Positions 9,645 to 18,653 of a stretch of 64,000 nucleotides of DNA are shown here, one piece after another (position 1 is the stretch's first letter; the number at the start of each line of letters is the position of its first letter). Location: contig JBMFNR010000001.1 of assembly GCA_049970055.1 (NCBI GenBank), positions 224,001 to 288,000 of the forward strand, written 5' to 3'. This DNA comes from Fervidobacterium sp. GTDB taxonomy: Bacteria > Thermotogota > Thermotogae > Thermotogales > Fervidobacteriaceae. The notes below the pieces were generated by a model, which saw only the letters and a list, made by a program, of their open reading frames with translations, was not told the origin of the DNA and ran no database searches. The position numbers and the translations under genes are program-made.

Positions 9645-10313
9645 TTATCCCCCCCACTGCGGTGAATCAACGATAACTTCGTATCCTCCGTTTTTTCTTC
9701 CTCTTAGAGCAACTAATTTTGCTTTTTTCTCCGGAGTTCCATGTAAAAAGCACATTCTTTGAACTATCAATTTATTCTTAGATAGTAGATCCATCACGGG
9801 AACTAATAATTTTGGTGAGAAAACAAAAACGAATGTTCCTTTATTTCTCAAAAGATAGGCGCTTGAATTAATAAAATGCTCTATGAGTTCCAAACTTGCG
9901 TTTCTTGAAATTTTTCTAACTTCGTCAGGGCTTTCTTTTCCGACGTGAAAAGGAAAATTTGAAACTACCATATCGAAACTTTCGGGTTTGAAAAATTTTC
10001 TGATGTATCTCACATCACAGCACGTAAAGTGAACCTTTCCTTCAAGGTGGTTTAATTGAATCCCCTGGATGGCAAGCTCGTAGAGTTGTTCTTGAATTTC
10101 CACTCCTTCTACATATAAATTATACAATGTGGCTAGGGCAAATGCAACTACACCTGTTCCACTACCAAGTTCGATAGCTTTTCTGATATCGCTTGTAGGC
10201 CTAGAGTACCAAACTAAAAAAGCCGACGCGTGCGTCGGCTTATGTGAATCATTATGCAATATTTTTATATTCTTTATGATATCGCTTGAAAACTTTCCAA
10301 ATTCAATCGGCAT
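9645..10313 (-). CDS. SAM-dependent methyltransferase, tRNA1(Val) m6A37 (TrmN6/YfiC)-like
   Basis: IELGSGTG motif I, VEIQE, FDMVVSNFPF (NPPY-like motif IV); ATG at 10313 just after the flgL stop. Confidence 0.7.
   Translation of the reverse strand: MPIEFGKFSSDIIKNIKILHNDSHKPTHASAFLVWYSRPTSDIRKAIELGSGTGVVAFALATLYNLYVEGVEIQEQLYELAIQGIQLNHLEGKVHFTCCDVRYIRKFFKPESFDMVVSNFPFHVGKESPDEVRKISRNASLELIEHFINSSAYLLRNKGTFVFVFSPKLLVPVMDLLSKNKLIVQRMCFLHGTPEKKAKLVALRGRKNGGYEVIVDSPQWGG
10216..10239 (-). terminator. Intrinsic terminator-like hairpin within the methyltransferase CDS, downstream of flgL
   Basis: Minus strand GCCGACG-CACG-CGTCGGC followed by TTTTTT. Confidence 0.6.
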
Positions 10314-10314
10314 T

Positions 10315-11208
10315 TTATCCACCAACGAAGTCAACGAGAGATTTTTGAATGGCCATAGCAGCTGATTTCAATGCGGCCTCTAGCACCGACTGCTGCATTG
10401 ATAAGTGTGTCAAGACTTGCGTTAAGTCTGTATCCTGCTCTTTTGATAAGTATTCTGTATTAAACAATTTTAAATCTTCAATCCTTGATGAAACCATTTC
10501 TGCCATTCTTGAGGTTGAACCTACGTTTGCAAAATGCTCCATAACAGACTTTTCGAGCGTATCGATCTCTTTGAGAGAAATATTCGAAAGTTTCTCTTCT
10601 TCTCCTTTGTAAAGTGATTGGATAGCATCATCTATGGTTGAAAATACAGTTTTGCCATTATTTAACGTAAACACGTCGTAAACGGTCACACCGTAAGTTA
10701 TACTGTAGCCAAGTACGTTTGCTTTTCTGCGAACATTTGCTTCGATAGGTGTTACTATATTGCCATTCTCATCGACAGGTCTAAGCTCAGATCTTGCACC
10801 ACCAAATATGTATTCATCGCCGACACGTGTGTTGGCTATTTCTATTAAATGTTCTTTTATGGCTTTTAACTCAGCTGCAATAGAGTTTCTTTCGTCGACG
10901 GTGTTAGTTCCATTTGCACCTCTAACCATCAACTCGCGAACTCTGTGGTAAAGGTCTGACAACTCCTGCAATGTAGTATCATAAGATTGAACAAAATTAT
11001 TTACGTGATCAACATTCCTTTTGAACTGCTCAAGTTCTCTAAGCCTACTTGTTATATTCGACGCTCTTGTTGCAATAACAGAATCGTCACTGGGGTATTG
11101 AACTTCTTTTCCTGACGAAAGTTTATCGTGTAACCTTGCTATTCTGTACAAGTTTTGTTGTATATTAAATAGTGAGCGATCATTTATCATGTTATTTGTG
11201 ATGCGCAT
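10315..11208 (-). CDS. flgL: Flagellar hook-associated protein 3
   Basis: MRIT...LSSGK...PSDD, GANGT, YIFGG; downstream of flgK. Confidence 0.92.
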   Translation of the reverse strand: MRITNNMINDRSLFNIQQNLYRIARLHDKLSSGKEVQYPSDDSVIATRASNITSRLRELEQFKRNVDHVNNFVQSYDTTLQELSDLYHRVRELMVRGANGTNTVDERNSIAAELKAIKEHLIEIANTRVGDEYIFGGARSELRPVDENGNIVTPIEANVRRKANVLGYSITYGVTVYDVFTLNNGKTVFSTIDDAIQSLYKGEEEKLSNISLKEIDTLEKSVMEHFANVGSTSRMAEMVSSRIEDLKLFNTEYLSKEQDTDLTQVLTHLSMQQSVLEAALKSAAMAIQKSLVDFVGG

Positions 11209-11239
11209 ATTTTCGCCTCCTTTGGTTAAGTGTTTTCAA

Positions 11240-13783
11240 TTATCTACCAACCAATCCTAATTTATCGATAACTCTTGAAATCATATCATCAACGGCTGTC
11301 ATAACCCTTGCAGCGGCATTGAAAGCTTGCTGATATTTAATCATGTTAGCCATCTCTTCGTCCAGCGAAACACCTTTTACTCTTTCCCTTTCACCATCGA
11401 TCTCTTGTTTCATTAAATCGGTGTTGCTCTTTATCTTCATTGCTGTTTCACTTTCAACACCGAGTTCCGCAACAATACTTCCAAGGTACTCGTTAAATGA
11501 TTCCAATCCATCGTTCAGTACCTTTTTGTTTCTCAGAGAAGATAACATCTCTGCAATCTTTGTATTTGCCCTACCTGAAGGTTTAAATACCTTTGCATCC
11601 CAATTTGGATTTTCTTCGGTGTATCCAATGTCAACTGCTATAGTCTCAGGATTGCTCTGTATCGTTGAATTAACTTTTAGCTTTTCTATAAATCTGTAGG
11701 GTTCTTTAGGCAGTTGTTTATCGATAAACAATGCATCAGCTTTTATATATCTCATGCGTTGGTCTTCTGGCTTTTCATATGGGTTAACAAATACAAAGCC
11801 TTCATCCCAATCGTTTAACGTACTACCATCTGGGTCGATAAATCCTAATGAACTCCACAATGCTTCGGGGCCTTGTATCACTTTTTTCAGCTCAAAGCCA
11901 AGTGATCTGGAACCTCTAAGGACAAATTTACTATGCGGTGTAACTTCTGCTATAATACCAGTATTTGCTTCATTTATCCTGTCTGCGAGATCTCTTAGCG
12001 TCATTTTTGTTGGATCAATTCGTATCTCTGTTGCACCAATTCTTATTGAAAATGCCTGATTTCTTTTTAGGATATTCTCGAGTGTCTCCTTGCCTGTATC
12101 AAGTGCTTTGTAAGTTTCAACATGCAAATTTGCTTGTGTGAATAATCCGTCAGGGTCTGATAATCTGAGATTTTTAATGTTAAAGTCATTTGACTTTGTA
12201 GGCATTATAAGTAATTTATCATCATGAACATACGCGTTTATATGTGCACCAAAGTGTGTGTTCAGCTGACTTGCTAAGTCTTCGATGGTTGTGGAATTTG
12301 TAATATTAATAATTTCCTCTACGCCGTTAATCGATATTTTGTACTGTCCGGCTTTAACTTTGAAATCATTTCTATTAATGGCAAATATATCAACATTTTT
12401 CGTTGCAAAACCCATAGTATTAAACATATTACCATTGAAATCCAGTGCCAGAGTGTTTCTTAAATTCTCGGAAGATTCAAAATAAAGCCTGTAACTGCCA
12501 TCACCATGCGCCCCCACCTTTAGGTCAAACCATCTCTCCGCTATTCCTGATAGACTTGATTGGAAATCTCCAACGTCATCGTACGGATTAACCCTTGCTG
12601 CGAATGTTGTGTTAGTTCCGTTGAAAAACACAACTGATCCCTTTTCAATAAATGGTTTTGTAATTATATCAGAGACGTTTATTCGATCACTCATACCAGA
12701 AATGAAGTTTATTGGGCCATTTTCAACCCTTTTCGCACCTGCAAGTCTGTAGAGAACAGCATCTTTTATTCTATCAGCCTCGACATCGCTGAAAAATTTT
12801 AGCCCAGTAACGCTCCCATCACCGTTGAAACCATCTTGATGCACTAAATTGAATTCATCAGAAAGGGAAAGTGCGAATTCGTCCAATCGGTTCATGTATT
12901 TAACAAGTGTTTCATCTCTTAAATCAAATAAACTTTTCAATTTTCCATCGTTTATTTGTACAATTGAATTTCCAGCGAAGATCTCCTTAAAACCTTTTCC
13001 GTAAGGTCGTTCAAGAGCTCTTAGTTCAACGGCATCCTGACCGGCGAGAACTATCTGATTACCGATTCTCAATGTGATTTGCCCAGCATTGTCTTCGTAA
13101 TAATAAATGTCTGCGAGGTTAGAAAGTTCGTCCAAAATTCTGTCCCTTTCATCAAGCAGATCATTAGGTGTATATTTTAAACTAACTGCAGTTCTAACTT
13201 TTGAATTTATATCTGCAAGTCGTTTAACCATAGCGTTTATCTGTTGTGTTCTTTGAGCAATCTCGTTATCTATATCTACTCGCAATTGTTCTAACCTTGT
13301 ATAAAGATCTTTAATATGTTGAACGAGTTCTTCTGACCTGTTTACAAGCCCTCTTTTAGCTGCAGTGTTCGTTGGGTCCGTAATTACTTCTTCTACTCCA
13401 GACCAGAACGAATCAAAAAGTGAACGGATACCAGCTTCTGAAGGTTCGGCGAAAAGTTGTTCTACAAAGTGTAGGTTTGATGTTGTCGTATCCCAGTAAT
13501 TGTATTTGTTGTTTGTTTGGCGGTACTGTATATCTAAGAACGCATCCCTTACTCTTTTTATGTCTCTGACGTAAACACCTGTACCAATTTGGAGTGGGAT
13601 AGATGGCTGGGTGAGTGAAGAAAGTGGTATTGGAGGCATTGTTAATAGCTCCGGCCTTTGCCTTGAAAAGCCTGGCGTGTTGGCATTTGATATGTTATGA
13701 GCTACTACGTTCATTGCAAGTTTGCTTGCGTAAACTCCGAGTAGACCTGTATTTAAAGTTCCAAAAAGACTTATATCTGGCAT
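11240..13783 (-). CDS. flgK: Flagellar hook-associated protein 1 (long form)
   Basis: HNISNANTPGFSRQ, NDLLDERD, GVSLDEEMANMIKYQQAFNAAARV. Confidence 0.93.
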   Translation of the reverse strand: MPDISLFGTLNTGLLGVYASKLAMNVVAHNISNANTPGFSRQRPELLTMPPIPLSSLTQPSIPLQIGTGVYVRDIKRVRDAFLDIQYRQTNNKYNYWDTTTSNLHFVEQLFAEPSEAGIRSLFDSFWSGVEEVITDPTNTAAKRGLVNRSEELVQHIKDLYTRLEQLRVDIDNEIAQRTQQINAMVKRLADINSKVRTAVSLKYTPNDLLDERDRILDELSNLADIYYYEDNAGQITLRIGNQIVLAGQDAVELRALERPYGKGFKEIFAGNSIVQINDGKLKSLFDLRDETLVKYMNRLDEFALSLSDEFNLVHQDGFNGDGSVTGLKFFSDVEADRIKDAVLYRLAGAKRVENGPINFISGMSDRINVSDIITKPFIEKGSVVFFNGTNTTFAARVNPYDDVGDFQSSLSGIAERWFDLKVGAHGDGSYRLYFESSENLRNTLALDFNGNMFNTMGFATKNVDIFAINRNDFKVKAGQYKISINGVEEIINITNSTTIEDLASQLNTHFGAHINAYVHDDKLLIMPTKSNDFNIKNLRLSDPDGLFTQANLHVETYKALDTGKETLENILKRNQAFSIRIGATEIRIDPTKMTLRDLADRINEANTGIIAEVTPHSKFVLRGSRSLGFELKKVIQGPEALWSSLGFIDPDGSTLNDWDEGFVFVNPYEKPEDQRMRYIKADALFIDKQLPKEPYRFIEKLKVNSTIQSNPETIAVDIGYTEENPNWDAKVFKPSGRANTKIAEMLSSLRNKKVLNDGLESFNEYLGSIVAELGVESETAMKIKSNTDLMKQEIDGERERVKGVSLDEEMANMIKYQQAFNAAARVMTAVDDMISRVIDKLGLVGR

Positions 13784-13825
13784 GTCTTCACCTGCCTTTT
13801 GTTTATCTGTTTTCTTGACGGCAGT

Positions 13826-14287
13826 TTACTTTAAGTTATCGTATCTTGCTGTTCCCTGTGTCTGTGTATAGCCGATATTTCTATTTGGTGAGATGTTATA
13901 CGTTGGTGAGTGAACGCCTTTGATAAGGTTGTTAAGAAACCCAGCGTACTGATTTTCAAATTCAATCAACTGCCTTATCCCATCCATTACTATCGTCAGT
14001 TCGTTGAGCTTCTCAACAACCTCGGCTGATAATAACGCGATTTCATCATTTTCTGGTGTTTGGTACTTTTCCAAATAGTCTCGTAAAGTACTAGCTTGGA
14101 ATTGGCTGAGTAACTTTTCTCTTTCTTCTTCTATTTTTAAAAGCTCTAAGCTTAATTCTTCAATATTTACTGCGTATTTAGATAGCTGATCCAAGTCTTT
14201 CTTAACAAGACATATTTCAAGCCCTTTGAAAGCTTGAACCATACTATTTAAAATATTTATTTGTTTCTTGAGGTTTTCTTTAATCAA
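13826..14287 (-). CDS. flgN: Flagellar export chaperone FlgN family
   Basis: Helical 153-aa protein between flgM and flgK. Confidence 0.7.
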   Translation of the reverse strand: MIKENLKKQINILNSMVQAFKGLEICLVKKDLDQLSKYAVNIEELSLELLKIEEEREKLLSQFQASTLRDYLEKYQTPENDEIALLSAEVVEKLNELTIVMDGIRQLIEFENQYAGFLNNLIKGVHSPTYNISPNRNIGYTQTQGTARYDNLK

Positions 14288-14290
14288 CTA

Positions 14291-14575
14291 TCATCCCTCC
14301 AAAAGTTTTTTTGCAATTTTCTCGGGGTTCACAGAAAACGCGTTATTTTCAATAGCTTTTTTAATTTTTTCAACTAGTTCGACTCTTACCTCAGGATAAC
14401 TTTTGGCCATTTCAATGTATTGAGCAACCTTTTTACCTTCTTCGATAACAAGCTTATCTGCCTCTTGTGCTCCATTTGATTTTTCTACGCGTTTGTCTTC
14501 TTTTCCTTGTTTTTTTAACTCAGGAATGTTCTGCGTACCTTGAAGTTGGTTTAATTTGTTGATTTTATCGATCAC
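14291..14575 (-). CDS. flgM: Anti-sigma-28 factor
   Basis: C-terminal PEVRVELVEKIKKAIENNAFSVNPEKIAKKLL; GTG start after AGGAGG. Confidence 0.88.
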   Translation of the reverse strand: MIDKINKLNQLQGTQNIPELKKQGKEDKRVEKSNGAQEADKLVIEEGKKVAQYIEMAKSYPEVRVELVEKIKKAIENNAFSVNPEKIAKKLLEG

Positions 14576-14614
14576 AACCTTCACCCTCCTTTCTTTTTCC
14601 TTCTTCTTTTTTTA

Positions 14615-14640
14615 TTATCGACTTTTATTTGTTTTTTTTA
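14615..14640 (-). promoter_or_regulatory. Sigma-28 (FliA) promoter for flgM-flgN-flgK-flgL
   Basis: Minus strand TAAA-N14-GTCGATAA versus consensus TAAA-N14/16-GCCGATAA; -35 overlaps the rlmH TAA stop. Confidence 0.7.
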
Positions 14641-15099
14641 ATAATGGTACCTTTCGTTATTCAATATTTTATAAGATCTAAAGATTTGTTCCAAAAGTAA
14701 AACTAAGCACATTTCGTGGGTAAATGTCATCTTAGAAAACGAGATTCGCAATTGCGCTTTCTGTTTTAACGATTCATCAACGCCAAGTGGACCGCCTATA
14801 ACGAAAATCAATTCAGATGAAAAGTTTATAGAAGATTTTATAAAGTCAGCAAATTCTGTACTTGTATATTGTTTCCCCCACAGATCAATAAGAATGTACT
14901 TGCGCCCTTTTAACCTCTTTTCTATCTGTTGTGCCTCACGCTTGAGGATAACTTTCTCATCTTCCTTATTTAGATCTCCACCAAGTTCTACAAACGATAC
15001 ATGAACTTTTGTAAACCTATCGAGCTTTTCTAGATAATAATCAAAAGCAGGTTGTAGATGTTTGGATAATTTTCCAGGAATAATTATCTCCACTTTCAA
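14638..15099 (-). CDS. rlmH: 23S rRNA (pseudouridine1915-N3)-methyltransferase
   Basis: SPOUT motifs [25 protein letters not shown] end. Confidence 0.92.
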   Translation of the reverse strand: MKVEIIIPGKLSKHLQPAFDYYLEKLDRFTKVHVSFVELGGDLNKEDEKVILKREAQQIEKRLKGRKYILIDLWGKQYTSTEFADFIKSSINFSSELIFVIGGPLGVDESLKQKAQLRISFSKMTFTHEMCLVLLLEQIFRSYKILNNERYHY

Positions 15100-15129
15100 T
15101 TTTATAACCCCTTTTCTTAACGATGCCTT

Positions 15130-16410
15130 TTACAAAGGTGTGTAAAAGTACACACCTCCTATTTCCGTTATCTCACCAGTAGCGATAAGAGAATTTATAC
15201 ACTTTTCAAAGAGCTTTTCGTCGTTATAGAAGATTAGTTCTTTTAAATAATCCAATTCTTCTTTAAAGATGAATGTTACTGAAAGTATCCTTTTCAAATA
15301 ATAATTAAAGGTTGATATAATAAGATTTTCAAGGTCTGTAACTATTTTCGCAGGTGTGGAATAAGAAATATAGTCACTGTCATCTAATCCTTTCAAACAA
15401 CCACTTCTTTTGATAGCTTCAAGGTAGCTTTTGAATTCAGATGTTGAAACTTTGAATTCACTTTGAAGTAAGTTATTAAGAGATTTTACTCTTCCAGAAA
15501 AGAACGCTTTGTAAGTTTTTTCTACGAATTCTAAAAGATGGTAGTAGTTCACTGGATATTTTTCGAGTATAGTCGAAAAAAACGCTTTTGATCTGTTGAT
15601 TTCATACACACCGTCTTTTACTATCACAATATTGTCACTTATTAGGTAATCGAGGGCCGTTTTTACATCACTTAAATCTAAGTTGCGCTCTTTTATAAAT
15701 GTTGGTAAAGTTAATTCCCGAAGATTTTCAAATATAATTGCCTTTAAGAGTGCTAGTTTTATGTTTTTTAATCGCTCTGGTTTTTGTACCCGTCTTTCGT
15801 ATATAGCCTCACTAAGTTCATGAATCGTTTGTAATCCATACTTTGTTGGATTTACACTGAATGCAGCCAAAAATCTTGACAAATTCTCTAATGTGAATTC
15901 CTTTCCGGAGCGCTTCAAAAAAACTTCAATTTCTTCCGACAATCTGTCTATAGGATCGGTAAGTTTTTCATTTTTTACTATATCTTCGTAGGGAATAAAA
16001 AGGTCCACCGCAGATATTAATTCGTAGCTTGCTGATTTTGTTCTTGCAAGTGCAATTACTTTCTTGCCGTAAGATTTCAATTTATAAACCAATGCTGTGA
16101 AATCAGCATCGCCTGTAACAAGGAAAAACGTATCAATTGCACTGTTGCGTAAAGCTATCTCTGTGCAATCGACAGCAAGACGTATATCATTCCCTTTCTT
16201 ATTTGGTAGGAATTCTGCTTCTGGAATTTCCACAAGTTCTATTCCGTAATTGTATAGAACAAATGAAGCCATTTTGTGTTTTGACCATGAGCCATACGCT
16301 TTTCCTCCTACGATCTTTCCATACGTTTGTATTTCCTTATACACGAGCTGAACGTCAACAGGTTGGTTCTGAAAATCAAATAGGGCAAATATGTTGTTTA
16401 CACCCTCCAC
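15130..16410 (-). CDS. NYN (LabA/DUF88, PIN-like) domain protein with long C-terminal extension
   Basis: FDFQN, KKGNDIRLAVD, LVTGDADF...LKSYGKKV, DLFIPY. Confidence 0.8.
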   Translation of the reverse strand: MEGVNNIFALFDFQNQPVDVQLVYKEIQTYGKIVGGKAYGSWSKHKMASFVLYNYGIELVEIPEAEFLPNKKGNDIRLAVDCTEIALRNSAIDTFFLVTGDADFTALVYKLKSYGKKVIALARTKSASYELISAVDLFIPYEDIVKNEKLTDPIDRLSEEIEVFLKRSGKEFTLENLSRFLAAFSVNPTKYGLQTIHELSEAIYERRVQKPERLKNIKLALLKAIIFENLRELTLPTFIKERNLDLSDVKTALDYLISDNIVIVKDGVYEINRSKAFFSTILEKYPVNYYHLLEFVEKTYKAFFSGRVKSLNNLLQSEFKVSTSEFKSYLEAIKRSGCLKGLDDSDYISYSTPAKIVTDLENLIISTFNYYLKRILSVTFIFKEELDYLKELIFYNDEKLFEKCINSLIATGEITEIGGVYFYTPL

Positions 16411-16449
16411 AGTTATCCCCCCTGGAGAATTAAAAAAGAATAAAAAGCA

Positions 16450-16971
16450 TTACCTTTCATCTTTGAAGACTTTGCATATTTCTGTTTTGCATTCTTTATT
16501 GTCAATTAACTCGTACACTTCTTTACCAACCGGATTGTCAATACCAGCAAGATAATCTGCAAGATGGAGATGGAGGCATTTTACACTTGTAAGATTTCTA
16601 ATTCCGCCTGTTCCTAAGTTTTCAAAATACTTATTCCATTTTTTATCCCCGTTTTTTAATAATTTTCGCCTTTTATGCGAAACTTGAAAATTAGCGTTGA
16701 CGTACTTATTTGCAAAATCTTTATCGTTAAGGATTTTCTCTTCAAATTTAGATATGAATCTCTTTTCCTCAAGGCGAGAGACTTCTTTTACCAAGTAGGG
16801 ACAGGTTAGATAATGGATCGTGGGAAATGGCTGGTTGTCTTTTACAGGATAGCTTAAAATAACAATTGGGTAGCCAAAAGAACAGTACTTAATGACAGCG
16901 ACCACATTAGTAACATTTCTTTGGAGTTGACCCCTAACAATTTCTAAATCTTTATCACTAATGCGTTCCAT
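16450..16971 (-). CDS. DUF501 family protein
   Basis: PFPTIHYLTCP, GTGG, VKCLHLHLA, NPVG motifs. Confidence 0.85.
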   Translation of the reverse strand: MERISDKDLEIVRGQLQRNVTNVVAVIKYCSFGYPIVILSYPVKDNQPFPTIHYLTCPYLVKEVSRLEEKRFISKFEEKILNDKDFANKYVNANFQVSHKRRKLLKNGDKKWNKYFENLGTGGIRNLTSVKCLHLHLADYLAGIDNPVGKEVYELIDNKECKTEICKVFKDER

Positions 16972-17744
16972 TCATCCATCACCATTTTTTCCAGAATGTT
17001 GTAGCTTTCAAATAAATTCACCTTTGGTAGAATAATCCCGGAAATTATCAACAAACCGTCTTCTTTTAAATAGTCTTTTGCATTTTTCAACATTTTCACA
17101 AGTATTTCAGCGATTATATTTGAAACTATGATATCGAATTTTCCATCGACATTCGAAAAGAGATCGGACCATCTCACTTCTATGTCAACACCATTCCTAA
17201 TGGCATTTTCTTGTGCAACTTCAACCGCCAAGGGGTCGTTATCAACACCTAAAACTCTATTTGCCCCCAATTTCTTAGCAAGAATAGCAAGAATACCACT
17301 TCCACATCCTAAGTCAAGAACGTCCATGCCGGGTTTTAGATACTTTTTTAAGAACATTGCTGACATCTTTGTTGTTTGGTGGAGTCCAGTACCAAAGGCA
17401 AGACCCTGAGGTATACGTAGTACTACTGTGTCCTTAAGGTGGCTTAAATCATGTTCCAATGGATCTATCCACACACCTTCGATCATTTCGAATGGATCTG
17501 TAATAATGTTTTTCAACCAATCTTCGGGTTTACTCTCGCGCATTCCCACATAACCTAGCCCAAGCTGTAAGAGTTTGTTTTTCAGCTCTTCTAAATCTTC
17601 TTCATAAGGCGAAACAACAGCGAGGAACTTTCCCTCGCTGCTATCTATAGTGTAATAGTCATATTCTCCATACAGTAAATCATCGATAAGATCAAGAGAG
17701 ATCTCATTTAACGTAAATACTAATTCTTTGAAAATCTTACTCAG
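16944..17744 (-). CDS. prmA: Ribosomal protein L11 methyltransferase (probable CUG start)
   Basis: AFGTGLHQTT, VLDLGCGSGIL, VSNIIA; frame stays open 65 codons above the ORF-track start to a CTG 6 nt after GAGGAGGA. Confidence 0.88.
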   Translation of the reverse strand: MSKIFKELVFTLNEISLDLIDDLLYGEYDYYTIDSSEGKFLAVVSPYEEDLEELKNKLLQLGLGYVGMRESKPEDWLKNIITDPFEMIEGVWIDPLEHDLSHLKDTVVLRIPQGLAFGTGLHQTTKMSAMFLKKYLKPGMDVLDLGCGSGILAILAKKLGANRVLGVDNDPLAVEVAQENAIRNGVDIEVRWSDLFSNVDGKFDIIVSNIIAEILVKMLKNAKDYLKEDGLLIISGIILPKVNLFESYNILEKMVMDEWNALVIKI

Positions 17745-18543
17745 ATTCGATCCTCCTCATAACGTACGTATTTGTCCTTGGTAAATATGCAACTGGATCG
17801 TTTGGCTCACCATATTTTCTAACTTCAAAATGAAGATGTGGACCTGTCGATGTACCGGTGGAACCTGACCTTGCTATAAAGTCGCCTTTTTCAACCTTAA
17901 GGCCCACATACACATTTATTCTTGAAAGATGTGCATAATATGTTTCAAAACTTCCGTGATCAATTATAACTATGTTTCCATATCCACTCATCCATCCAGC
18001 ATACTTGACGGTTCCTGAACGAGCTGCAAAAACGGGTGTTCCCTCAGGTACCTTAATGTCGATTCCTGTATGAAACATGTTTTTACCATATATTGGGTGT
18101 ATTCTCCAACCAAATTCTGACGTAATCGTCCCATATACCGGCCAAATAAAATCCGCTAACTGAACAAACGATGTGTTGGATTTTCCAAGAGGAACAAATA
18201 TTTCTTTTCCCGCAGGTATCGTTGAACTTAGCGAAGGATTGATATCAAGTATTTCGCTTGCATCGACAAAGAAATATCTTGCAAGCTCTGATAAACTGAT
18301 TGTTGTAGAAGGCTTGTACATAATACCGGGAATGAGTGGAACTTTTATTGTTGTACCAACCTTAAGTTTAGAAGTACTTATGCCCGGATTCCAGTCAAGA
18401 AGAACAGGGAGTGGAACTCCAAATCCATTCGATATACTATAGAGTGTGTCTCCACTCTGAATTTTATAATTTATATAGTAAGGAAACACTAGTGCTACCA
18501 TTGTTATCATCACTAAAGCTAGTATTTTTCGCAATTTCCCCAC
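17737..18543 (-). CDS. LysM + M23 peptidase (peptidoglycan endopeptidase)
   Basis: Signal-like N-terminus, YKIQSGDTLYSIS LysM, HTGID, YAHL, TGPHLHFEVR. Confidence 0.9.
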   Translation of the reverse strand: MGKLRKILALVMITMVALVFPYYINYKIQSGDTLYSISNGFGVPLPVLLDWNPGISTSKLKVGTTIKVPLIPGIMYKPSTTISLSELARYFFVDASEILDINPSLSSTIPAGKEIFVPLGKSNTSFVQLADFIWPVYGTITSEFGWRIHPIYGKNMFHTGIDIKVPEGTPVFAARSGTVKYAGWMSGYGNIVIIDHGSFETYYAHLSRINVYVGLKVEKGDFIARSGSTGTSTGPHLHFEVRKYGEPNDPVAYLPRTNTYVMRRIESE

Positions 18544-18577
18544 CCCTTATTTTATTTGTTACAAAAAATCCTTTTAT

Positions 18578-18605
18578 ATTTTACCACAAAAGTTTTTTAT
18601 GTCAA
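18578..18605 (-). promoter_or_regulatory. Sigma-70 promoter for the LysM/M23-prmA run
   Basis: Minus strand TTGACA-N16-TAAAAT with extended -10 TG. Confidence 0.75.
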
Positions 18606-18653
18606 AATAGTATACTAAAGTAAAGAATTTTTGACTCCAGTTGTCGAAAAGCC

